Part shown: in pieces, positions 26,441 through 37,086 of the stretch
Layout of the letters: each line of letters starts with the position of its first letter
Numbering within the stretch: the first letter of the stretch is position 1
IMG/VR virus record: IMGVR_UViG_3300013901_000005
Coordinates: 1-64,000 of that record
Length of the DNA stretch: 64,000 nt
Reading direction: 5' to 3' (one strand)
DNA from: a virus
Taxonomy: Duplodnaviria; Caudoviricetes
Notes under the pieces: model-generated
Databases searched by the model: none
Seen by the model: only the letters and a program-made list of their open reading frames with translations
What the model was told of the DNA's origin: nothing
Position numbers and translations under genes: made by a program

Positions 26441-27270
26441 ATTTTGTAAATACAGACGGTGTTAAAAAAGTTATCTCTGGCATAAAGACATGGATAGCTA
26501 AAAAAATGATAGAATGGTGGGGAACCCTTTAGATTTCCCATGTAGATGGTGACAAAGACCAATGGGAATTTTCATCGGATATTGTTGATGGAAAACCAAA
26601 ATTATGGTTAAGGACAACAGATTGGAAATATAGCAAATGGATAGAGACAACCGCCAACAATTGGTTCCCATTTACCTGCGCCCCTGCTTAGCCGCAAAAT
26701 TTAAAAGATGGAGGGAAATACCAAAGTTATTATTTTAATTCAATAAATGTAAATCCATCAAACGGAAAGCTTAGATTATAGGGGACAACAACAGCAATGG
26801 GTTTTAAAGTTCCAGGAGGAACGGATACGTAGGTCATTCTTGGCGATGGTAGTACAAAGGAAATCTCTTCTTTAAATTTTGAAAATAATATACCAACGAT
26901 TAATTCAATGATACGTACAGAAATTGCTCGTAGTAGCAACAATCCAATTGTATTCCCAATAACCGATGAGACGTATTCGAAGTTTGAGAATATGAACTTC
27001 TTTTAGGCAATGGATGAAAATATGGTGTTTAAAAGAATAAATGACACAAATAATGGATACCCAATGTTTGTAGCAGACTGTATTTCAACTTTAGATTTAC
27101 ATGAGCAAATAGTTGCATATATTGTTGATGAAGTTGGAATATTTGGTGATAATTATTTATATAATATATGTTTTGCCATTTATACGGAAGGCTTGGATAT
27201 TGATAATTTTCCTGGCGATGGATCTACTTATGATACGGAACTTGAAATTGATGATATAACAATTGGATGA
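26437..27270 (+). CDS. Fibre-tip paralog 1
   Basis: MNFVNTDGVKKVISGIKTW..PKLWLRTTDWKYSKW..VNP..LGDGSTK; in frame with ORF 27010. Confidence 0.7.
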
Positions 27271-27271
27271 T

Positions 27272-28120
27272 ATGGAATTTTTAAATGGATTGGGATTATA
27301 GAGCGTTATTTCCAAAATAAAGATTTGGGCAATAACTAAATTAGGTGAATTTTGGGGAAATTTAAAATTGTCAAGAGTTGACGGTTCAAAATCCGCATGG
27401 GAATTTAAGGCTGGAGTTATAGATAATACAGAATCACCTTTTGGAAAATCACCTAAAATATGGTTAAACACAACCGATTGGACATATAGTAAATGGAATG
27501 ATTGTAATCTGGATTATGATTATCCAATAGTTACAGCACCAGCATAGTACGCCAATTTAACAAATGGTGGAAAATATTAGAATTATTATACAAATAGTAT
27601 AACAGTAAACCCTTACAAAGGAAACATGAAAGCCAATTAGATTACTGCTGGCCAATTTAAAATAACAAACGGAAATAGTTCGTAGATGATAATGGCTGAC
27701 GGGTCAGTAAAGTCGATTGCAGAATTACCAAATTCAACCGTAAAAGGAGTGGTTGGAGTGATTGACTAGAATATCACATCAACCGCAAAGGCTTTTTTAA
27801 TTAATGACGAGGATTACCAAACATTTATGGGAAGTGGCTCAAATACTGATTTGGCATTTTTTCAATTATATACTTCTGGAACAATGTTTGCTCGCGTAAA
27901 TCGTTATTGGTTGGATAGTTCTTTGGAAGAAGTTAGTGGAGAACGAGAAGCCAGATTTATGGCTTATAGCGCTTTAACAGATAAAACATATGTAGCATGG
28001 CCTACAATTTATAATAAAAACAATTATCTTGTGTTTGCAACTACCGATAATCCAAGATCTGGTTATCATGGATGGTGGGATAATACAGTTATAAGTCAGG
28101 ATAAATTAGAATTTGTATAA
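27272..28120 (+). CDS. Fibre-tip paralog 2
   Basis: MEFLNGLGLQSVISKIKIW..PKIWLNTTDWTYSKW..VNP..MADGSVK; in frame with ORF 27827. Confidence 0.7.
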
Positions 28121-28122
28121 TT

Positions 28123-28938
28123 ATGGATTTTGTAGATAGCACAGGAATACATTATTTTATAACCAATTTTAAGAAATGGGTGATAAATCAAATAAATAAT
28201 TGGTGGAAGCTTTTAAAACTTTCACATAGATATTTAGATAAATCAAATTGGGAATATGATATTGCGGTGGTCGCAAATGACGATTCGTAGACTAAAGGCA
28301 AATACCCTGTAGTCCCAAAATTGTATTTTTATACAACAGATTGGAAAACGTCGAAATGGTCTGAAACTTCAAATTCGAATAATTTTCCAATGTCAATCGC
28401 TCCTGAAGTAACAATGGAAAATAATTCTATGAAGGAAAGTGGCTATACTAGTAGTATAATGGTTAACCCAGCTTTTGGCGATATTACAGCAGCTGGAATT
28501 ATAACCGCTACAACGTTTAGAGATTCGTTAAAGTCTGGAAACATTTTATTGGCTGATGGATCAACAAAGTCAGAAACAAATTTATCCGCTCAAAATGTTA
28601 TGACAACAAATGCTAATATGATTCAAGCAGTATATTCACCATCCTCAGCAAGAAGCATAACTTATACAATAACAATTGACTAGAAAAATTTGTTAAATGG
28701 TAGTGGTTTAGGACATGATATTTGTTTTTTCAAATCTGATGATAACGTAATATTCCAAAGATGTTCAAGAACCTATTATAATAGCAGTTGGGAAAATGCA
28801 ATGTTTGTAGGTTATTTCATGAACACACAGTTTAAATTAATTAAAATAATAGCTAAGGTAATGGATGATAAAATACAATTTACCCCTGATAATTCAAATG
28901 GGTAGGTAGTTTCCGGGCCAGCTTTTGAAATAAAATAA
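28123..28938 (+). CDS. Fibre-tip paralog 3
   Basis: MDFVDSTGIHYFITNFKKW..PKLYFYTTDWKTSKW..VNP..LADGSTK; joins ORFs 28321 and 28690. Confidence 0.7.
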
Positions 28939-28944
28939 TAAATT

Positions 28945-29325
28945 ATGTCAAAATATCTAGATTTAACTGGATTAAAGAAAATCATTGATTGGGCTAAAAG
29001 TAATTTTGTTTATTATAAAGAAGACTCAGATGGAAAATACCTATGTCAAAATGGAAATATCATTAATCAAATCACTCTGAAGGATGATGTTTCCACTTAT
29101 TTACCTGGAGGATATAGAGGTATTAGTACAACAATATATCAAGGATTGATTCGATTTAGCAATGATGCTTCGAATTATATTTAGATCAATTATGATGGTA
29201 TAACACAACAAAATGGATTATCAACAGAATGTTTTACAAGAGATGGTAACTACTATGATTTAACCAAGAAACTAGATGCCGATGCAACAATAACATAATA
29301 AGAAATAAACAATTTATTCAAATGA
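28945..29325 (+). CDS. Short fibre-module protein (126 aa)
   Basis: MSKYLDLTGLKKIIDWAK..ATITYKEINNLFK; one TAG read through. Confidence 0.7.
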
Positions 29326-30268
29326 CAAAATATTTAGATTTTAATGGATTAAATAAAGTTATTGAATATATCAAAGATAAATTTTTATTAAAATCGGATT
29401 TTAACGAAAAGAACGTATAGTGGTACGGGTCTACTGGAAGTTCTGCTGATTTTACAAGTGTAACACCAATAGACGCAGGTGTTATTTCCGAGTTGGGAAA
29501 TGATAGATTTATTTATTCTAATACAAAAGGAATAACCGTTGAAAGAAGTATAGATAATGGGCAGACATGGGTTGACCAAAACAAGCCGATAGATTATAGA
29601 CCTGCATGGGTAACACAAAAAGGTAATTACCCATATTCTATATGTGGTAGTAATGAAGAGCATCCAGAAAATTGCTTATTAAGAATTACGTATACTTTTG
29701 GTGAAGGGTATATTGGTCTTTATGCAATATTATATAAATTTTGTATTTTTGATAAGTCGTATGCAAATCTATCTGATGATAAATATTGCACAATTCAATA
29801 TTCTACATATGAAAAGCCTGATATTTTTTAGGATTTAGAAACAGCACGAATTACGCATGGATACAATGTTATTAATACAAAAATGATTACAACTGTTGGA
29901 TCGAATAATAAAATTCCTTCTTATGTAAAAAAATAAGATTTATTTTTGGTTCTGGCTCAAGAGCAAAAACCGGATATGGATATAGTATTTCTAAAATAAT
30001 GGCATATGGCCCATTGGTTTGGGAATGTGAATCAAATATGGCACAGTATGGACATTTGTATTATTGCTATGATAATTAGGAGGCGCACTTCCCATATATT
30101 GTAAGCGCTTCCAGATTTAAAGGAACTGCAGATAATGCAACAACAGTTAATAACCATACTGTTTTGTCAGATGTGCCTTCAGATGCTAAATTTACAGATA
30201 CTACATACGATGCAGTAAGTATAGATGATATTCAGAAATGGATTGACGAAGAAATATCTATAAGTTAA
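29322..30268 (+). CDS. Fibre protein paralogous to 24623..26440, frameshifted at A7 (29927-29933)
   Basis: MTKYLDFNGL..PIDAGVISELGNDRF.. stops at GTA AAA AAA TAA. The -1 frame continues IRFIFG..KIMAYG..HTVLSDVPSDAKFTD..DIQKWIDE, collinear with the paralog. Confidence 0.7.
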
Positions 30269-30412
30269 TTATTGTTAAAAGCAATAAAATAAATTTTGAT
30301 ATATATCATTTTATAATTAAAATTATAAAAAGAAAATAAAAGTGTAATAAAAAGATAATAACTTTATTATAATTTGTATGTTATCTTTTTTTTATTACTA
30401 GATATATTTAAT

Positions 30413-30420
30413 TAAATTTG
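30413..30420 (+). promoter_or_regulatory. Bacteroidota-type -7 promoter element (TAnnTTTG)
   Basis: TAAATTTG within TAATTAAATTTG, shortly upstream of ATG 30437. Confidence 0.5.
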
Positions 30421-30436
30421 TATTACGAAAGCCATA

Positions 30437-32692
30437 ATGAAATTAGATACTAAAACTTATTTAGTAGGGAAAAACATAAATACTCTTGGGAGTAGTGATA
30501 TACCACAAAATGCATTGGACATAACAGAGGGGGACTCACAATTATATCATATAATACCAAGTTGTGCATATATTATAAGTAATGGTATTGCTACTCCGCA
30601 AGAGATTTCTTTTTTCTTATTTAAAAAGGAAAACAATTCGATATAGGATATAACGAATAGAACAAAATTTGTTATAAATTATACAATAAATGGTGTAAAC
30701 GGCACTTTTAATTTAAAGTCAAATAAATTTGCTGAAACGGATTTTGATTATTCGTTTAGCGATATAACTTCACTTATTGTAAAGGCTTATGACGAAGATA
30801 TAGAAGCTGCTGAATTTAATATTGCCTGTGTAGAATAGAAATCAGGCAGTAGCAGTGGCACGACAGGAGAAAAAGGAGAAGATGGAATAACATTTTATGT
30901 ATTACCTAGTATTGTTACCCTTCAGTCAAATGAGGACGGGATAGTAGAGGATAGCTAGTTAATAGATAAGACGGTATAGATAATAGCATATAGAGGTTCA
31001 GAAAAACTGGATAATGTCAAGATAGAGCCAAATGGTTTTGAGTTGTAGAACGCAGAAGTCGAAATGGTTGACGGAAGTACAGATACATTTAGATTTAAAC
31101 ACATCGCACAACACGAAATAAATATATCACAGGAGGACGAATCCGCTTCAACAAAAAAAACAATTTCTTATACGTCCGGTTATGCTGTGGTAAAGTTCGT
31201 AGCCGATAAAACTCTCTGCAAAACTACAGTACCATTTGTTGTTGATAATACAGTTTTATACACTTCTTATTACGAGAGAACCGATAAATAGCTTACTAGC
31301 CAATATGCGGTTTATAAAGAGATAAATGGAAATATTGAAAAATATAATACAAAAATCCAACTAGATGCTGAAAGCTTGTAGGCAACAGCAAAATCAGTAT
31401 AGCAAAATGGCGAACAATTAAAAACAGATTATAATAATTGGAAAACAACAGCTGAGGGGACTACTCAGAAAATACAATCGAAGGTAGAAACTTTATAGGA
31501 TGGTGTAACAAATGTCTAGAATAAGGTTGCGACCCTTGAAGCAACAGCAGACGGATTCGAGTAGACAGTCAATATTGTAAAAACTTATATTGGAGAAAAT
31601 GGTGTTCAGCAACAAGAAAAAATGGGATCTTATTTTAAAGAGCATGCCAACGAAATTGTTGCTGGAGTTTTTTCCGATGGTACTGGTACTGACGCAAAAG
31701 AGAGTGTTATGACGCTAACCGATAGTCGTTTTGGAATAAACCTTTTAAAGAACGGATTAAATGTAGCTGGGTTCGAATTAGCTGATGAAGGAGGCAACGG
31801 AGAAGGAACGGGTAGCAAATTTAAAGTAAATGCTGATAACATAACCTTAATTTCAAAAGAAGTATCCGCTTCTGGAAATCTTTCTGCAAAATCGTTGACA
31901 ACAAAGCCAGATGGGGATGATCCTTCAATAATTTCAATAGAAGGAAGTTATTTAAAAGCATATAATAAAAAGAGCTATCATAATACAGAAGACAGCAGTC
32001 AAGACAAGCCCAATCTTATACTAGGTACAAATAACGGGAAATTACAATTTGATTATTATGATGACAACAGAAATCTTATATGGTCTCTTGGGTAGAATGG
32101 GTTTGTACAGTATATAACATGGGGAAATCTTGATAGAAAGAAACAATTTATTATTTTGGATTTAAAAATTGGAAAGCTAAAATCAAACGAAGTTGGCATC
32201 GAAAAAGGAGATCTTTTAGATTCTAGCTCTTTCTGGTATATAGATTCTCCAGGACAAGCCGGATCTGCAATACCTGGAACAGCTGTTACTTGTTATCAAT
32301 ATGTAGCCCCAAACAATAAAGGAGCTATAATGGAGGATAAAAATCACAGCCTTTCTTCTGAGGAAGCTGCAGAATATAATTATAAATGGTTTTGTCTTAC
32401 ATCTGGATCTACTTATAATGAAACTAATATCTCAACTTGGAATTTAAAAGACACACAAAATATATAGCTTGTTGGTTCTAATAGTTTAGGTACTTTAAAT
32501 ATAAATAAAGCTGTTGTCGAAAGTGGGTCTATATGGCAATCTGTTTCCCCAATTTCAAATGATTATAATATTATAAATATCGGATCAACAGACATAAAAA
32601 AAATAAATTCAAATCCAACAAGTTAGGATAATGCTCTAATAGATGCTGGAATTATATATTGTAATAGTGTTAGTCAGAATATAAAATCATAA
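30437..32692 (+). CDS. Putative tail/fibre protein with coiled-coil region (751 aa)
   Basis: ORFs 30437, 31064, 31622 and 32156 share a frame; IQLDAESL, TLEATADGFEQTV and FKVNADNITL resemble phage minor tail proteins. Confidence 0.7.
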
Positions 32693-32704
32693 TAATTTAA
32701 AAAA

Positions 32705-32986
32705 ATGAAAAAGATAATTAAAATATTTTCTGATATGCAACATAATTTACCGCTTTGTTTATTGGTTAGTATCTTAATTTCATTTGTTTTTTCAAGATAT
32801 TTTTATGGAATTACTGACCGGAAATTATTTAGCTGTTATTGCGGATTTACGATTTCAATATTTATAGGAATTATAATAAAAGAATATTTTATAGATAAAA
32901 TTATTAAACGTGAATTAATAAACAAACAAAATATATATAATGATATTATAGGCTCGTTCATAGGGTCTCTAATGTGTTATTTATGA
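32705..32986 (+). CDS. Small membrane protein (about 3 TM segments)
   Basis: Intact ORF with hydrophobic segments; KExxD..DIIGSFIG pattern. Confidence 0.65.
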   Translation: MKKIIKIFSDMQHNLPLCLLVSILISFVFSRYFYGITDRKLFSCYCGFTISIFIGIIIKEYFIDKIIKRELINKQNIYNDIIGSFIGSLMCYL

Positions 32987-33306
32987 ATAAGAAACAACAG
33001 GAGCTGGAGCGGATTACGAAAATAGTAATCGACTGTTGTGCGATGGAAATAGATGATGAAGGAAAGACAAATATTACAATAAAAGATGTGACTGGGAAGT
33101 CAAGAAAAACAAATTTGGTTATGACGAGATGTATTCTCGCAGCGAAGATTCTTTCTCACGGCTTTTCCATCGACACAATAGCAAATCTGCTCAATAGATC
33201 AGTTTCTGCTGTAAGGCATTTATTAAAACTGGGACACTGGTTTAAAAGAACCTCAAAAGCATATAATATAGCAAATAAGGAGGTTGAAGAAAAATGCGAA
33301 AAATAA
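32983..33306 (+). CDS. Helix-turn-helix DNA-binding protein (DnaA C-terminal-like)
   Basis: ITIKDVTGKSRKTNLVMTR..FSIDTIANLLNRSVSAVRHL. Confidence 0.65.
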   Translation: MNKKQQELERITKIVIDCCAMEIDDEGKTNITIKDVTGKSRKTNLVMTRCILAAKILSHGFSIDTIANLLNRSVSAVRHLLKLGHWFKRTSKAYNIANKEVEEKCEK

Positions 33307-33315
33307 AAACAAAAT

Positions 33316-33357
33316 AAAAAGGTGATAACTCTGTCAAAATAGGGTTGTCACCTTTTT
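33316..33357 (+). terminator. Intrinsic terminator-like hairpin
   Basis: AAAAAGGTGATAACTCT..AGGGTTGTCACCTTTTT. Confidence 0.65.
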
Positions 33358-33378
33358 CTGTTTATATATATTATTAAT

Positions 33379-33386
33379 TAAATTTG
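33379..33386 (+). promoter_or_regulatory. Bacteroidota-type -7 promoter element
   Basis: TAATTAAATTTG upstream of ATG 33436. Confidence 0.55.
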
Positions 33387-33435
33387 CAATAGATAGCTAT
33401 CAATAAAGTATTTATTAATTTAATTTTAATTTTGT

Positions 33436-34362
33436 ATGGACAGTAAAGTTTTTATGTTTCCAGAATCAAGCAACGGCAATTTGGCTTCAATGTTAGCACC
33501 GTTGCTTCAGTAGAGAGGTGTAGATCCAAATATGCTGCTCGCAATGAATAAAAATAACGGCTTCGGAGGAGAAGGCGGATGGTTCATGTGGGTTATTTTC
33601 CTTTTCTTCCTTATGGGATGGGGAGAAAATGGCTGGGGAGGCTTCGGTAGATAGAATGGTTTGGCTAATGAAATAAATAATGATTATGGTCGAGATTTAC
33701 TTATGCAAGCAATTAATGGTAATGGCAATTCTATTAATTCTCTGGCTACGAACCTCAACTGCTCAGTAGGATAGGTATAGGCAGCAATAAATAATGTTAT
33801 GGGCCAGATTTCCGGTGTTGGGAATCAATTGGGATTGACAGGACAGCAGGTTATAAATGCAATACAGCAAGGCAATACAAATATTGCACAGCAAATCTGT
33901 GACTGTTGCTGCAAGACAAATAATAATATAACAACACAAGGTTATGAAAGTAAATTGGCAATATGCCAGTAGACGCATAGTCTGAATGACACAGCAAATA
34001 CAAATGCAATTATGCTTAGAGATGCTGGCCAGGCCAATACAAATGCCATATTAGGCAAATTAGACCAGATGACCACACAAGCTTTATAGGATAAGATTGA
34101 TTCGCTTAGAGAGAAAAACAGTACACTTATGTCTACTTTGAGCAATGAGCATCAGACAGCATAGATACAGCAAAGTCAGGCACAGCAGTTAATACCAATA
34201 AATGCGGCATTAACGGATCTTAGTAGCAGACTTGCAAAGATAGAGTGTAATCAGCCGGAAGTTGCGAAGGTTCCATATACGCCGGCAATGGGAGGTTTTA
34301 TACCGGTTAATTATGGTGTAAATGCCGCAAGTCTAGCAACAGGTAATTGTGGCTGCGTATGA
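33436..34362 (+). CDS. Conserved-type phage protein with Gly-rich/TM segment, CDCCC motif and coiled coil (308 aa; absent from the ORF track)
   Basis: MDSKVFMFPE..GFGGEGGWFMWVIFLFFLMGWG..QICDCCCKT..QALQDKIDSLRE; open under TAG=Gln to TGA 34362. Confidence 0.75.
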
Positions 34363-34745
34363 TAGTTGGTATGTTTCCATATTGGTATTCACCAGTTATA
34401 ATCCCGTTTGGTTTTAGAAATAATATTAAAAGGCTAGATCAGAATGGTATTTTTGTAGTAGAAACGGATAGTGTTTCTCTGAATACTGGTTCTAGTGTAG
34501 ATTATGGAATAAAGGAATCCATTTATAATCAATTACCTTGTGAGTGTATTATATTATTAAAAATAAAATCAGCTGTTCCTACTGGCGGTGCGGCATTGCC
34601 AGTTACGATTGCCGGATCAAAACCAGTAGTTGATAGCCAGGGATCGAATATTACTGGAAAAGATATTGAGACAGAAACTGAGAGATTGGCTTATTTAAAT
34701 AAAAAGAGTGGTTTATTGCGTTTTATGGAATATACCGCAGCTTAA
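34359..34745 (+). CDS. Hypothetical protein
   Basis: ORF 34347..34745; likely ATG at 34359 (ATGA overlap) or 34371. Confidence 0.65.
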   Translation: MIVGMFPYWYSPVIIPFGFRNNIKRLDQNGIFVVETDSVSLNTGSSVDYGIKESIYNQLPCECIILLKIKSAVPTGGAALPVTIAGSKPVVDSQGSNITGKDIETETERLAYLNKKSGLLRFMEYTAA

Positions 34746-34756
34746 TTTATTAATTT

Positions 34757-35236
34757 ATGTTTTCAGCGCTTAGAAAGGGAAGTCAGGTATATGTATTGAC
34801 AAAAGACGGTATACCGGAATTGATAAAAGGAGTTATTGAATCAACGACATATCCGACATACAATACGAATTATTATAATGGGCAGACAATGGATATTAAT
34901 ATAAGAACTGACAATGATAATATGGAATTTAAGAATATAGTCCCTACACTTTCTGTAGTTGATTATAAAAATATTATATTGTCAGAAACGAAAGAATTAT
35001 TAATACCAGAAGTGGAGAATATGTTACAGAACAGCAAAAGTATTGTTGAAAATGTCGAATATCATAGAAATGTCGTATAGCAATGCGAAAAGATGTTAAA
35101 AGATTTAAGTCCTAAATATGCCAAAGAGATACAGCATGATGAGGATATAAATAATTTAAAGTCAGAAATGGGAGGGATAAAGTCAAAGATTGATACAATT
35201 ATACAAATGCTTTCTAAGTCTGGCAATAACAATTGA
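34757..35236 (+). CDS. Hypothetical protein with C-terminal coiled coil
   Basis: ORF 34757 extended through one TAG to TGA 35236. Confidence 0.7.
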
Positions 35237-35241
35237 ATATT

Positions 35242-35412
35242 ATGAGAGGAATGATTGAAATTAAAGAGGATACATATGATGACACAATAGAACATCTGAA
35301 AAGAATTAAGACAATTGCTTGCAAATTAATGAAGGCATTGGAAGAACATTCTGATATTTATGATGACGAAGAGGATGGTCGTCGAAGAAGTAGGAATAGA
35401 TACGATTATTAA
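35242..35412 (+). CDS. Small charged hypothetical protein (56 aa)
   Basis: MRGMIEIKEDTYDD..DDEEDGRRRSRNRYDY. Confidence 0.6.
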   Translation: MRGMIEIKEDTYDDTIEHLKRIKTIACKLMKALEEHSDIYDDEEDGRRRSRNRYDY

Positions 35413-35419
35413 TTGATAA

Positions 35420-35457
35420 GGCGGCAATATTAATTTATTGTCGCCGTTTTTATTTTT
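35420..35457 (+). terminator. Intrinsic terminator
   Basis: GGCGGCAATA..TATTGTCGCC followed by a T tract. Confidence 0.7.
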
Positions 35458-35462
35458 ATATT

Positions 35463-35822
35463 ATGGAGGATTTTACTGAATACGATATTAAGCCAAAAGG
35501 TTTTGTTAATTATTTAAGATATCATGGACATCATCTGAATAAAGAATTATGCGAGTACATTTGCAGATAGTAGTTTGATAACCAATATACAAAAGATGAT
35601 TATATGAATTTTTGTACAAATAATAACGCTATATGCGAAGAGAAAAATATTTATGATAAAGTTTATCTGTATAATTATTATCGACATTTAAATCTAGATG
35701 ACTAGATTATATTATAGATAATATGCGCAATATTGGAAAAAGAACCGAATATGATATTTAATAGGGTATTGGCAGATTCTGCAAAACTCGGAATATCAAT
35801 TGATTGGGAAGATTTTATATAA
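35463..35822 (+). CDS. Hypothetical protein (119 aa)
   Basis: MEDFTEYDIKPKGFVNYLRYHGHHLNKELCEY..GISIDWEDFI; open under TAG=Gln. Confidence 0.7.
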
Positions 35823-35831
35823 AAAAAATAT

Positions 35832-35862
35832 TTTGATTATTTAAAATAAATAATTAAATTTG
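35832..35862 (+). promoter_or_regulatory. Bacteroidota-type promoter (-33 TTTG, 19-nt spacer, -7 TAAATTTG)
   Basis: Exact match to the TTTG / TAnnTTTG consensus, directly upstream of the structured non-coding region. Confidence 0.7.
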
Positions 35863-35868
35863 TGATGA

Positions 35869-36191
35869 TAGGATTCAAGACCCGGGAATCTCAATCGCCC
35901 TCATTCCGATGCAACGATCAAGGGGAGGGCCGGACTAGGGTAGTAGGTGCGCGGTTGAAATAATATCGAAACATAGCGCTGAGGTTCAAATCTAGCTGTC
36001 AAATTCATACATATAAACGAAAAGCAGTACGCCTGCGAGTCAAAGGTTGGGGGCACAAAGGTACTTTTAGGTTAGGAAATCTTATTTCCGAGACACCTTT
36101 TCGGGAAGTTGTATGATTAGGGGAATTAGCGATTTTTCCCCTGTAAAACTACTAGGGCGAATTATATCTATACTTTTTTAGTATAGATATA
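35869..36191 (+). ncRNA. Candidate structured non-coding RNA of unknown class
   Basis: GC-enriched island with no listed ORF, between a promoter and a terminal hairpin; closing stem TCGCCCT/AGGGCGA and several internal hairpins. Confidence 0.55.
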
Positions 36192-36251
36192 TGTAAAATA
36201 TTGACTATCAATTATTTACGTAAAAAATAGATAATTGATAGTCTTTTTTAT

Positions 36252-36282
36252 TTTGATAATTAATAAAAAATAATTATATTTG
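36252..36282 (+). promoter_or_regulatory. Bacteroidota-type promoter (-33 TTTG, 19-nt spacer, -7 TATATTTG)
   Basis: Consensus match ending 4 nt before ATG 36287. Confidence 0.65.
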
Positions 36283-36286
36283 TAAT

Positions 36287-36754
36287 ATGGAATTACTTTT
36301 AAAACGTATTGCCAAAAAGAAAGAATATACAATTGGAAAGTTGTATATTGATAATAAGTATTTCTGTGATACACTTGAAGATACTGATAGAAATCTGAAA
36401 TAGTCAATGTCAGAAAGCGAGATTAAGAAAATAAAGATTCCTGGAAAAACAGCAATCCCTATCGGAATATATAGAATAAATATGAATGTTGTAAGTCCGA
36501 AGTTTGGAAGTAAGGCTTTTTACAAAGCTGTTTGTAATGGGAAAATTCCTAGATTAATGGAAGTCCCTGGATTTCAAGGAATTCTAATACACTCTGGAAA
36601 TGGCTCATCTGAAACTGACGGATGTTTACTCGTAGGAAAAAATAAAGTTATAGGGAAAGTATTAGAATCACAGAATACTTTTACAAGATTAGTACGGGAT
36701 TATTTAATCCCAGCCAATAAAAGAAACGAATCAATTAAAATAGCAATTCAATGA
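36287..36754 (+). CDS. DUF5675-like (L,D-transpeptidase-fold) protein, putative endolysin; single TAG
   Basis: MELLLKR..YTIGKLYID..FCDTLED..TAIPIGIY..VPGFQGILIHSGN..TDGCLLVG. Confidence 0.75.
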
Positions 36755-37086
36755 ATTGGTTAAAAGAAAGTAATCGTACTGAGCATTTAAGATACGGTTA
36801 TATATTAGCCTGTTACCTTTCTGTAGTATTTACGGCAGGTTGTGCTGTAGGTATGGAATTTAAGGATTGGCAATATGGTGGTAAGTTTGACTGGCTGGAT
36901 ATTGCCGCTACTATTATCGGTGGTATTTTAGGTTAGGTTATTCAGTTAGGATGGATATTATTATTGTGTTTAACAATAAAATATAGTAGTGTATGGTATT
37001 GTATTGGATTATTCTTTTATTTATATGCAATATCCAATATAAACTATAGGCTATTTAAGAATGGACAGATAAAGAAAGAGAGATAA
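36751..37086 (+). CDS. Small multi-pass membrane protein, possibly lysis-associated
   Basis: ORF 36751 extended through TAG to TAA 37086; MEFKD..FDWLDIAATIIGG; hydrophobic. Confidence 0.65.

Noticed and set aside
24623-30268. Diversity-generating retroelement or invertase shufflon acting on the fibre paralogs
   Set aside because: No reverse transcriptase or recombinase in the window, no near-identical TR/VR pair noticed, and all cassettes are co-oriented.
35985-36000. GGTTCAAATC as the T-loop of a suppressor tRNA
   Set aside because: No 5-bp T-stem, acceptor stem or CUA anticodon arm can be formed around it.
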